Source: Breznakia blatticola
Lineage (GTDB): Bacteria > Bacillota_I > Bacilli_A > Erysipelotrichales > Erysipelotrichaceae
Assembly: GCF_004365815.1 (NCBI RefSeq)
Contig: NZ_SODD01000026.1
Coordinates: 1,044-33,043, forward strand
Direction of reading: 5' to 3'
DNA: 32,000 nt
The position numbers and the translations under genes were made by a program. Positions 8,229-16,729 of the stretch are shown here, one piece after another. How positions within the stretch are numbered: position 1 is the stretch's first letter; each line of letters begins with the position of its first letter. The notes under the pieces were generated by a model, which was not told the DNA's origin, searched no databases, and was given only the letters and a program-made list of their open reading frames with translations.

Positions 8229-8467
8229 AGGTGGTTGGGTCATGAATGCAGATGATATTAACGGTTTAACCCCTACTCAAATTTAGATGAAATATGCATT
8301 AACATATGAGCCTATATTGGAGAAAAGCTATATTACTGGCAGGCATAAAAATCAATATGGGTGAAGCAAATAGTCTTTTTGGTTATCTTGGTGGAGCTAT
8401 TCAAATTGATTTTATTAGTTGGAGAATTTAAAGAAATCGGAAAAAATACAAATTGGAGTGATAAATA
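8229..8467 (+). pseudogene. Decayed orphan toxin tip, same family as the C-terminus of the toxin at 9176-10669
   Basis: Reads GGWVMNADDINGLTPTQI*MKYALTYEP.., compared with GGFVMKAEDIKNLTPAEIQAKYALPYEP in the intact toxin. After frameshifts it reads GEANSLFGYLGGAIQID and GEFKEIGK..W, compared with GEVAPNFGYSGGGIQID and GEFKELGKIIDWR. It has one in-frame stop and at least two frameshifts, and it abuts the IS256 remnant. Confidence 0.75.
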
Positions 8468-8824
8468 ATGATAAAAGTAAATAAAAATGTAATAGAAGTA
8501 AACAAAAAGAAAAAAGAATTTGAATATAATATTAGAAAATATATACAGCGAAATGATAAAATTTTTATATTACTAGAGATACCTATGGGAATAAATCTAA
8601 CAAGAAAAGAAATTGACAATATTATTTGTGTTAATTTGGATTTAGATATTATATGGATAGTGAAAAATATACCATTAAAACAGTTTCCTAATATGGATAA
8701 TCTTCCTTTTGAAGCAATAAGAATAACTGAAAATAATGAACTAAGGGGAGTAGACTTCTATGGTAGAAATTATTGTATTAATCAAAATAGCGGAGAATTA
8801 ATAAGTTTTAAAGTTGTTAAATAG
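8468..8824 (+). CDS. Orphan immunity protein, paralog of 10673-11035
   Basis: Intact 118-aa ORF placed directly after the decayed tip, with the same stop/start geometry as the intact pair. It shares DKIFILL(E/D)IP.GI.LT.KE..NI.C, G.DF.GR and FK..K with the 120-aa protein. Confidence 0.7.
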   Translation: MIKVNKNVIEVNKKKKEFEYNIRKYIQRNDKIFILLEIPMGINLTRKEIDNIICVNLDLDIIWIVKNIPLKQFPNMDNLPFEAIRITENNELRGVDFYGRNYCINQNSGELISFKVVK

Positions 8825-8908
8825 TACATTTAATATTGATAGTAATAACAAAAGATTTATAGTGCATAATAAAGAAGAATATTGCTGCAACCAGTTACAT
8901 AAAATAAA

Positions 8909-9179
8909 TGAAGAGATAGCGAATGCTACAGCAACACTGTCTACACATATTGATAACCTTATGAATTTTTACTCAATGTGCTCAGAATATATCAACCAAG
9001 CATGGGAAGCAATGGTTGAAAAAGATAAAGAGTTAGCGGATAAAATCTCTTTTAATTATATTGTTGAGCATAAGGAAGAGTATCGAAAGATACTTGAAGA
9101 TGACTATGGTATCGATGCCGATGCATTACAAAAAGTTTCCCTTGAAAAAGATAGTAATCAAGGAGGCACAACAGCATGA
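8909..9179 (+). pseudogene. 5'-truncated second copy of the 190-aa gene (last 89 codons only)
   Basis: Identical to 4978-5248. The track ORF 8814..9179 is a chimera: its first ~32 codons are unrelated read-through sequence. Confidence 0.85.
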
Positions 9180-10177
9180 CAAAAACCAAAATTGTATGTA
9201 CAAGATGGGAAGACAATGAAGTAAAAAATAATGCGATGTTGTCAAATCTTATCAGTCTTGATTTAGATGGACCAGTAAATAGAATTAATGCTGAGTTTGC
9301 AAGGTTACCACATATTGCGAAAATTAGTTATAGTAATTTAAATGAAAAAAAGAATACTGCTATGTATGGCTTATCAACTATATCTGGGTATGTTACAAAA
9401 ATCATTGATTATATTGATGAGTACATCGATGATCCATTCTACAAAAAATTAAATGGACCAACAGGAGTTCTGGAACGTTTGGAAAAAATCCGTTTGGATG
9501 ACTCAAAATATCAAGTGAAAAACACAGCAGGTATTGAAACAGAAAAAACGGTTTATATTACAGATCCATATACACATCAAACAAAAGCTGAAGTAGTTAA
9601 GGAAGTAAAAAACAAAATCAGCATTGAAGATATGTTGAAGACTAGTGGGGTAAAAGGAAGTAGCAGTATTCCGACATTCAAAGATTTATATAAGGAACAG
9701 TTTGACCAACAAAGTAAGGCGAATCCGGATTTGAAGTATAGTGAATATGTTGATCAACTTATTCATAGAGCAGACATTAGTCATAGTGTGGATGCAGGAT
9801 GGCTAAATGTAGTAAGTGATGTACTAGATATAGTAGGTATTGTATCTATTGTTGGAATATTTACAGGTAAAGATTTTATTACTGGAGAAATCTATACAAA
9901 AGCAGAACGCGATGCAGCCTTAATTAATGGTATAATAAGTATAGGAAGTTTAGCTTTTGCTGGAGTTGGGCTTGTAGGAAGTGGACTAAAAGCAACGGCA
10001 GTTGGATTAGGAAAGGCAGTAGCATTAGATATGGCAGCTGGTGCAGCCGGTATGGGAGCAGGAGCAGTAGCCGGAGCATTAGGTGCACCGGATGAACTTC
10101 GAGCCCTGATTACAATTGGAACAGCAATGGGTGCTGGGTATGGACTTGGAAAGATAACTAATAAAAATATAAATAAG
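8909..10177 (+). repeat. Copy 2 of the 1269-bp direct repeat
   Basis: See copy 1 (4978-6246). Confidence 0.9.
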
Positions 10178-10669
10178 GTAGTTAAGGACTCGGGTACAGT
10201 CGGTTCGGGTAGTGTTTATGATGATTTAGATGAGATGTTAACAGGATCACTTGATGGTAAAGTTAAGTACAATAAAATAGAATTATCTGATAATGTAAAT
10301 GATTTCTGGAAAAACAAGGGATACAGTGAGCCACCATATAATGCTGGTGATGTTGTAATTGATGGTACCCTTACCAAAGATGGAACATTTGTTCGTGTTT
10401 ATGATGGTGTAAACACAAAATTGGAAGGTGGATTTGTAATGAAGGCAGAAGATATAAAAAATCTTACTCCTGCTGAAATCCAAGCAAAATATGCATTACC
10501 ATATGAGCCTGTTTATGTTGCAGAGGTGAAATTAGATGCAGGAACCAATATTCATATAGGTGAGGTAGCACCTAATTTTGGATACTCCGGTGGTGGTATT
10601 CAAATTGATATGAAAGGTGCATGGGTAGGTGAATTTAAAGAACTCGGAAAAATAATAGATTGGAGATAA
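9176..10669 (+). CDS. Polymorphic toxin, second allele: same N-terminal 334 aa as 5245-6762, with a different C-terminal tip resembling TNT-type NAD+ glycohydrolases
   Basis: Protein identical to the first toxin through ..GKITNKNINK, then unrelated. The tip FVRVYDG..GGFVMK..LTPAEIQAKYALPYEPVYVAEVKLDAGTNIHIGEVAPNFGYSGGGIQID fits the R..G.f ... aLP ... y.v ... G.vaP.fG..GGG.Q pattern I associate with the TNT (tuberculosis necrotizing toxin) domain. Confidence 0.75.
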   Translation: MTKTKIVCTRWEDNEVKNNAMLSNLISLDLDGPVNRINAEFARLPHIAKISYSNLNEKKNTAMYGLSTISGYVTKIIDYIDEYIDDPFYKKLNGPTGVLERLEKIRLDDSKYQVKNTAGIETEKTVYITDPYTHQTKAEVVKEVKNKISIEDMLKTSGVKGSSSIPTFKDLYKEQFDQQSKANPDLKYSEYVDQLIHRADISHSVDAGWLNVVSDVLDIVGIVSIVGIFTGKDFITGEIYTKAERDAALINGIISIGSLAFAGVGLVGSGLKATAVGLGKAVALDMAAGAAGMGAGAVAGALGAPDELRALITIGTAMGAGYGLGKITNKNINKVVKDSGTVGSGSVYDDLDEMLTGSLDGKVKYNKIELSDNVNDFWKNKGYSEPPYNAGDVVIDGTLTKDGTFVRVYDGVNTKLEGGFVMKAEDIKNLTPAEIQAKYALPYEPVYVAEVKLDAGTNIHIGEVAPNFGYSGGGIQIDMKGAWVGEFKELGKIIDWR

Positions 10670-10672
10670 TAA

Positions 10673-11035
10673 ATGAATTCAAAATATAATGTTGAAGAAA
10701 ATAAAATCATTATAAATAACATTGAAATTTATATGGACTATCCAATTAAGGATATTAAAGAATTAAGAGATAAAATATTTATTTTATTAGATATCCCTAG
10801 AGGGATTAAACTTACAGAAAAAGAAGATTGTAATATCCTTTGTTATAATTCCTCAGGTATATTTCAATGGCGTATAAGTTCTTCTTTACCCAAAGGCATT
10901 GAGAGCAAAGAATTAATACCCTATATTTCTATAGATATACAAGAAGGAAACTTATATGGTTTTGATTTCTGGGGGCGCAAATTCCATATAGATACTTTTA
11001 ATGGAAATTTACTTGACTTTAAAACTTTCAAATAG
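10673..11035 (+). CDS. Putative cognate immunity protein of the TNT-like tip
   Basis: Starts 3 nt after the toxin stop. 120 aa. Paralog of 8468-8824. Confidence 0.65.
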   Translation: MNSKYNVEENKIIINNIEIYMDYPIKDIKELRDKIFILLDIPRGIKLTEKEDCNILCYNSSGIFQWRISSSLPKGIESKELIPYISIDIQEGNLYGFDFWGRKFHIDTFNGNLLDFKTFK

Positions 11036-11294
11036 AAATAATATATGACTTTGAAATCGGAAATCAAAGGGGCATTGTCGATTTATGTGGCTAATATTTA
11101 GCTTTTGATCAAACAAAAGACAATACCAAATGAAAAAAATCACTGTGAAATTTTTAGTATGAATAAGCAAAAAGGTGCTTTGAGAACTAGCGGGGTTTTA
11201 GACAAAAGTTATAAAGTATAGAGGGGTCAATCTTTACCCCTCTATTAGTTTAAAACCATCAGTTCAATCAATAGACTTCAGTCAAGACTGAGGA

Positions 11295-12110
11295 CTATTT
11301 TTTCGTTCCTTTCTTTTTCTTATTTGTCCTGTATTCACTTAAGGAATAGCACTCATACTTATTTTGCGAGTACATGATTTTATTGCGAGCTCTCTCAAAG
11401 TTTCTAAAACCATTTGCATTATTCAAAATTTTCTTAATATAATTATTTAACCTTCAATTACACCGTTCGAGAACCGTCGTCCATCAAACCATACAAATGA
11501 GTTTAGTATTTCTTCTTTCCATTTTTCCAGAGTATTTGCACATCTATTAAATTCATTTATCTGAGAGTTCCGCATTGCTTCAACTATGTCATCAAGTCTT
11601 TCATTATGAAGTTCCGCTTTTGTGAACTTGGTTTCTTGAAAAAGTAGTCGTACAGGATTACGTATCTTCTAGATTTTACGATATCAAGAATCAGTTTCTT
11701 ATCGAAATCCATAATCATAAATGCATATTTATATTTCGAATGTCGATTGAAATAAAACTCATTGATACAGATGTGTTGTGTGAGTGCTTTTGGTTGTACT
11801 TGCACATGAATATCAAACAACTCCACTACTTTAGTAACAGATAGGTTGTATCTTCTTGCCACTGAGGAAAAAGTTTCGTTATATGGTTTTAAATCATCTA
11901 AAATGTTTATAATGGACTTAGAAGATACTTTAGTGCGTCTATTCGATGTAAACGGATTGTTTTCAACGAATGAAATCTGGCAGGATTTACACAAGTATCT
12001 TTTACATTTGTAGAATAGGAAAGTGTCACGGTTGATAAGACTATTATGTGATACTTTTCTTATTAGCGAAGCTAGAATACCACTTACTATGCGAGTGGTA
12101 ATAGGCTTCT
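11295..12110 (-). mobile_element. ISL3-family transposase pseudogene (N-terminally truncated, internally deleted, frameshifted)
   Basis: The minus strand reads ..FLFYKCKRYLCKSCQISFVENNPF..RRT.., ..INEFYFNR..KYAFMIMDFD..KLILDIV (ORF 11584..11994). It then reads ..EFNRCANTLEKWKEEILNSFVWFDGRRFSNGVIEG, a frameshift, and LNNYIKKILNNANGFRNFERARNKIMYS ending at 11295. About 0.8 kb remains. Confidence 0.75.
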
Positions 12111-12203
12111 AGTTGTAAACACGCACCAAAAAAGCACCAAATTTCGATATACTATAGATGGCCTGGCAGCTAACTATAAATAAAGAAAGAAGGTGCATTG
12201 TCT

Positions 12204-12365
12204 AATGAAAGACACAAACAATTTATCACACACAAGTTACAGATGCAAATATCACATTATAATAATACCAAAGTATAGAAGAATGGTAATTTATAATAAG
12301 TTAAGGAGAGATGTCGGACAAATATTGAGAAGACTAATAGAAAGAAAATCTATATATTTTATATA
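12204..12365 (+). pseudogene. IS200/IS605-family TnpA (Y1 transposase) N-terminal fragment
   Basis: MKDTNNLSHTSYRCKYHIIIIPKYRRMVIYNKLRRDVGQILRRL matches the conserved TnpA N-terminus (H..w.c.YHiv..pKYRr). It stops after 53 codons. Confidence 0.65.
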
Positions 12366-12468
12366 GGCAGAAATTTTAAGTTAAGTTATAGATTAGTACA
12401 TATGAACTATAATTAGTTACAAATACTAGATGTATTATTCGGGTAATGTATAAATCAAAGGAGATTGA

Positions 12469-12981
12469 ATGAAGAAGGCAATTGTTTTTTTAGCAACACT
12501 CATTTTTATAACTGGGTGTATAAGAGTATATAGTTCCCATGACAAATTAAGAGATTATCTAAAGGACTATTGTGACGATTTAGAATGTGAAAATGAGGGG
12601 ATTGTAGCTGAAATGGAAATTACTGATGTAGGAAGTTATGCAATTGCAAAAATAAGTTATGATGGAAACGAAGAACTTATTTTCGCTTGCCGTCACTCAC
12701 CTGGAGGTCAATCTCCAACAGGTTCTGGAGAACTTGGACCTGTATTTCTAGAGGATTCATACTATTTATTTGATAATCTGGATAGTTGGTTTGGACATGG
12801 TTATAACTATTATGTATATATGGGTTATGGGCTACTAGAATCAGTGGAATATAATGGTGTAAAATTAGATAAAGAAGTATTTGAATTTTATTTGAATGGA
12901 GATAAAAAAATAATAACTAGCTTCGTTCTTAAATTGGATTCAACAGAACTATTTGACAAATTAAATCTAGTTTTGAAATGA
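12469..12981 (+). CDS. Lipoprotein of unknown function (cassette 1)
   Basis: AGGAG SD. Signal peptide with lipobox MKKAIVFLATLIFITGC. Distant similarity in layout to 14655-15215. Confidence 0.7.
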   Translation: MKKAIVFLATLIFITGCIRVYSSHDKLRDYLKDYCDDLECENEGIVAEMEITDVGSYAIAKISYDGNEELIFACRHSPGGQSPTGSGELGPVFLEDSYYLFDNLDSWFGHGYNYYVYMGYGLLESVEYNGVKLDKEVFEFYLNGDKKIITSFVLKLDSTELFDKLNLVLK

Positions 12982-13105
12982 TTAAATAGGGTTTTATGTA
13001 TGTCGTTGCGCGTAAGGAAGGGACAAGGCAATAAAATGTAAGTTATAGTAGTAGTGTGTGTAGAGTTATTTGATAGTGGTTTATAAAAATTAGTAAGAGG
13101 GGAAA

Positions 13106-14278
13106 ATGAAAAATATAGGAGAAGTATTGTTTAGACATGTTACTGCAACGTGTGTAACATTTATTATTGCATATGTATTTACTACATATTATGAGAATAA
13201 TATAGGTGTAAGTAAGTTTGAATGGTTTGGTTATTTAGCCCTTTTTAGTGGTATCATTGCAACTGCAACTTACATAGGTCAATACATTGATAAAGCTAAA
13301 GGAAAAGCGTTAGTACTATTTATAGTAGGATGTATTATATTGGTGAAATTTGGTGTCTTTTTTGTATTAGTACCAATGTTACTTATTGAAAGTATAGTAT
13401 TTATTTATTCGATTTTTAAATTGAATATGAATACTGTTTTGAATAGTGATGAACAAAGGCAAATTGAACAAGGCAAAATTGATAAAATGAAGATTGTAAT
13501 ACTTCAGAATAGAAGATTATGTGCATACAAAATTTTGATTGCGTTGATTGATACAGGAATTATATTTAGTCTTTCAAGAATTTTTAATAGTGTTGCTATA
13601 GTTGCCTTAGTCTTATTGTTTTTGTCTTATTATTTGTATATAGGTAAGATTCAAGGCAAAAACATTCAAAAAACTGCTAAGTTATTAGATGATGTTTTGA
13701 CAGTAGAATGCGACGCGAAATTATATTGTGTTATGTATCGTGCGATAGAAAGAAATTGTAGTTCGATTGCTATCATGTATAACTATATGTGTGGACTTCA
13801 ATGGGGTGGGTATGTAATAGAACTTGATAGAATGTTAAAAGCGTACCGAACATACAGCAAAACGTTTCAATATAAAACCATGTTTTATTCAAGAAAGGCG
13901 TTTGATAATAAAGTAAGTGAAAGTTTGTACACAGAGTTAATTGCACTTTATGATCGCGTTATTAAGCGTAGTAAAAATGATAAAATGTGGATATATGGTA
14001 GAAAAATACTGGTGATACAACGAAAAATCATTAAGCAAAGTTATAGAGAAGCACTAGAGAACATTCATGAATTATATGAATATGAAGAGATTTTACCAAA
14101 GATTTCATTAATTAATCAGAGAAGTTTGGAAAGTGAGTGTTTATATCATTTAGGTAAATATGAGGAATGCACGAACTTACTTGAATGGATTATTGAACAT
14201 GGTAATACATTGGTGGTGGTACGTAATGCGCAAGATCGTAAACAAAGGATTCATGAAAACCTAGCTATTGAAGTATAA
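13106..14278 (+). CDS. Multi-pass membrane protein (~6 TM) with a ~210-aa Cys-rich, TPR-like C-terminal domain, unknown function (cassette 1)
   Basis: GAGGGG SD. Hydrophobic segments at about aa 12-29, 40-61, 68-82, 84-104, 139-160 and 163-180. The C-terminal domain has conserved ECDA.LYCVMYR.IERNCSSIA.MY.YMCGLQ and a TPR-like ECLYHLG.YE.C..LLEWIIE.GNTL. Paralog at 15385-16587. Confidence 0.7.
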   Translation: MKNIGEVLFRHVTATCVTFIIAYVFTTYYENNIGVSKFEWFGYLALFSGIIATATYIGQYIDKAKGKALVLFIVGCIILVKFGVFFVLVPMLLIESIVFIYSIFKLNMNTVLNSDEQRQIEQGKIDKMKIVILQNRRLCAYKILIALIDTGIIFSLSRIFNSVAIVALVLLFLSYYLYIGKIQGKNIQKTAKLLDDVLTVECDAKLYCVMYRAIERNCSSIAIMYNYMCGLQWGGYVIELDRMLKAYRTYSKTFQYKTMFYSRKAFDNKVSESLYTELIALYDRVIKRSKNDKMWIYGRKILVIQRKIIKQSYREALENIHELYEYEEILPKISLINQRSLESECLYHLGKYEECTNLLEWIIEHGNTLVVVRNAQDRKQRIHENLAIEV

Positions 14279-14654
14279 AATAGCTAGATAAAGTGATGTT
14301 TACAACATCCTGGTTACATCAATTGACATAATGTCTATCCAATACGAAGTTCACAGCAACTAAAGCAGTAATATTTATAAAATTACAGTTAAAGAAGAAC
14401 GTTTATGAAAGTACTGGTGATTATGTATGTTTATAGAAAAGGAAAATAGTATTGTTATTAAAATACTCTGATTAAAAATAGATAAACAATTACCTAGACA
14501 AATGTAAAAGATTCTTATAAAAATGTATGGTATGATTATTTCGTTGGAATTGCGTTTTAAATAGTGAGTAAACAGAGAATGTTAAGAAAATCTTATGTTC
14601 GGTATTACTTGCTATAACTTAATTAAAAGTGTTGTGATTAGATAAGGAGATTTT

Positions 14655-15215
14655 ATGAATCAAATTGGTAAGAAAGCTAGTATATTCTTATTGCTAATAC
14701 TGGTTTTGTTTGGCTGCCGGAGCGATTTACCATCTTTCGAAGAGAGTTTAGATGAATTTGTAGAAGGAAGCGAAACACTGGTTCGTGTAGAAGAAATTTT
14801 GGATTATAAGGAGTTTGAAGATGCATTGATTGGAATTGCATTAATAAGTAATGAAAATGAGGATGAAATTCTTTACTTAAGCGGATTGATTGTTGATGAA
14901 GATACAGGATTAACTGTAGAATCACACGGTGAAACTAAACCTATCTATATACATAATGAATCAGAAATTATGGTTTACCCTTCAAAAGATAAACAATATG
15001 AAAGCGATCCAAAAAGTAATTACACGGAGTTTAAGTCCTCAAAAGTAAAATATTATACTGGAATCGTAGAAGGAAATCAAAAACTTAAATATAATGACAA
15101 AAAAATATACACCAAGAAGGTGGATTTAGAATATAAGGGCAAGCCAGAAACTATAACCTTTTGGATAGTTAAGATATCCAGTGACGAAAGTTTTAATATT
15201 GATAAATTGACCTAG
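14655..15215 (+). CDS. Lipoprotein of unknown function (cassette 2)
   Basis: AGGAG SD. Lipobox LLILVLFGC. Highly diverged counterpart of 12469-12981. Confidence 0.7.
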   Translation: MNQIGKKASIFLLLILVLFGCRSDLPSFEESLDEFVEGSETLVRVEEILDYKEFEDALIGIALISNENEDEILYLSGLIVDEDTGLTVESHGETKPIYIHNESEIMVYPSKDKQYESDPKSNYTEFKSSKVKYYTGIVEGNQKLKYNDKKIYTKKVDLEYKGKPETITFWIVKISSDESFNIDKLT

Positions 15216-15384
15216 TAAGGTAACAGAGATGTAGTAGTTTAAAAACTATGTCTTTTGTATATTAGATTTGTTAGCGAGTGACATTGTGCGTAAATAAAAG
15301 ACAAAGCAATAACAATGTAAGTTCTAGTAGTAGTGTGTGTAGAGTTTTTAGATAGTGGTTTATAGAAATTAGTAAGAGGGGAAA

Positions 15385-16587
15385 ATGAAAAATATAGGAG
15401 AAGTATTGCTTAAACATGTTGCTGTAACGTGTCTAACATTTATTATAGTATATGGATTTACTACAAATAATGCTAATCTATTTGAATGGTTTTGTAATTT
15501 CGCACTTCTTGGTAGTGTTGCTGCAACGGTAACTAACGTTGGTCGACACATTATCAAATCAAAAGGAAATGCACTAATACTATTTGTATTAGGTTGTCTT
15601 GTAGTGTTTATAGCTGGGTGTATTGTATTGGCAAAATTTGGTGCCCATTTTGTGTTAATACCAATGTTACTTATCGAAAGTATATTATTTGCTAATTCGA
15701 TTTTAAATTTAAATATGAATTCCATTTTAACTAAAGATGAACAAAAGCAAATTGATCAAGATAAAATTGGAAAAATGAAGACTATAATACTTCAAAACAG
15801 AAGATTATACTTATACGAAATATTGATTGTATTGGTAGATACTGTAATTATATATGGTCTATCAAAAATTATTGAGATTAAAATGATTGTTTTCATAGTG
15901 TCAATAGTATTGATTATCTGGTCTTATTATTTGTATATAAGTAAGATTCAATTAAAAAGTTCATTCAAACCCAGCGAGTTATTAGAGAATGTTTTGTCAG
16001 AAGAATGCGATGCATATTTATATTGTGTTATGTATCGAGTAATTGAAAGAAATTGTAGTTCGATTGCTGTTATGTATTGCTATATGTGTGGACTTCAATG
16101 TGGTGATTATGTAATAGAATTTGATAGAATGTTGAAAGAATACTATATGTATAGAGGAATGTTCCAATATAAAGTAATGTATTATTCAAGAAATGCATAT
16201 GATAATAATGTAAATGATAGTTTATACAAAGAACAAATTGAATATTGCGATCGCATCATTAAACGCCTTAAGAATGATAAAGAAATGATATACAGTAAAA
16301 AAATACTCATGATAGAACGAAAATTTATTATACAGAATTATACAGAAGCACTAGAAGATCTTTATGAATTACATGATGAATTTTGCGAGTATGAAAAGAC
16401 AAAATCAAAGCTTTCGATAATTAGTCTGAAAAGTTTAGAAAGTGAATGCTTATATCATTTAGGTCAATATGAGAAATGTATGGACTTACTTGAATGGATT
16501 ATTGAAAATGGAAATACATTAGCGATAGTACGCAAAGCACAAATATGCAAATATAAGATTCAAGAAAAACTAGCTATTGAAGTATAA
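15385..16587 (+). CDS. Multi-pass membrane protein with Cys-rich/TPR-like C-terminal domain (cassette 2), paralog of 13106-14278
   Basis: Same SD and first 8 codons as the paralog, the same TM layout, the same conserved Cys pattern, and the same C-terminal ..LAIEV. Confidence 0.7.
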   Translation: MKNIGEVLLKHVAVTCLTFIIVYGFTTNNANLFEWFCNFALLGSVAATVTNVGRHIIKSKGNALILFVLGCLVVFIAGCIVLAKFGAHFVLIPMLLIESILFANSILNLNMNSILTKDEQKQIDQDKIGKMKTIILQNRRLYLYEILIVLVDTVIIYGLSKIIEIKMIVFIVSIVLIIWSYYLYISKIQLKSSFKPSELLENVLSEECDAYLYCVMYRVIERNCSSIAVMYCYMCGLQCGDYVIEFDRMLKEYYMYRGMFQYKVMYYSRNAYDNNVNDSLYKEQIEYCDRIIKRLKNDKEMIYSKKILMIERKFIIQNYTEALEDLYELHDEFCEYEKTKSKLSIISLKSLESECLYHLGQYEKCMDLLEWIIENGNTLAIVRKAQICKYKIQEKLAIEV

Positions 16588-16631
16588 AATGGATAGATAA
16601 AGTGATATTTACAACATCCTGGTTACATCAA

Positions 16632-16660
16632 TTGACATAATGTCTATCCAATACTAAGAT
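16632..16660 (+). promoter_or_regulatory. Candidate promoter of the DsbA-family gene (TTGACA - 17 nt - TAAGAT)
   Basis: Consensus -35, a 17-nt spacer and an acceptable -10, about 75 nt upstream of ATG 16737. A degenerate copy lies at 14323-14351. Confidence 0.4.
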
Positions 16661-16729
16661 AACACCAACCAAAGCGGTAAAAGTTATAAACAAAGAGTTT
16701 ATAGGTTTATAAATTTATAGCTAAAGGAG

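Noticed and set aside
8814-9179. Track ORF of 121 aa as an intact gene
   Set aside because: Only its last 89 codons are homologous to the 190-aa gene. The first ~32 codons are fortuitous read-through overlapping the orphan immunity gene. It is annotated as a truncated copy.
15369-15725. 118-aa minus-strand ORF
   Set aside because: It lies antisense to the start of the 400-aa membrane-protein gene, and the paralogous locus has no equivalent. It is a shadow ORF. The same reasoning applies to 14677..14925, 16816..17070, 17293..17598, 18275..18759, 19380..19742, 20107..20463, 20733..20999, 22879..23325, 23716..24010, 24504..25165, 25736..26021, 26257..26493, 27120..27332, 28330..28829 and 30881..31222.
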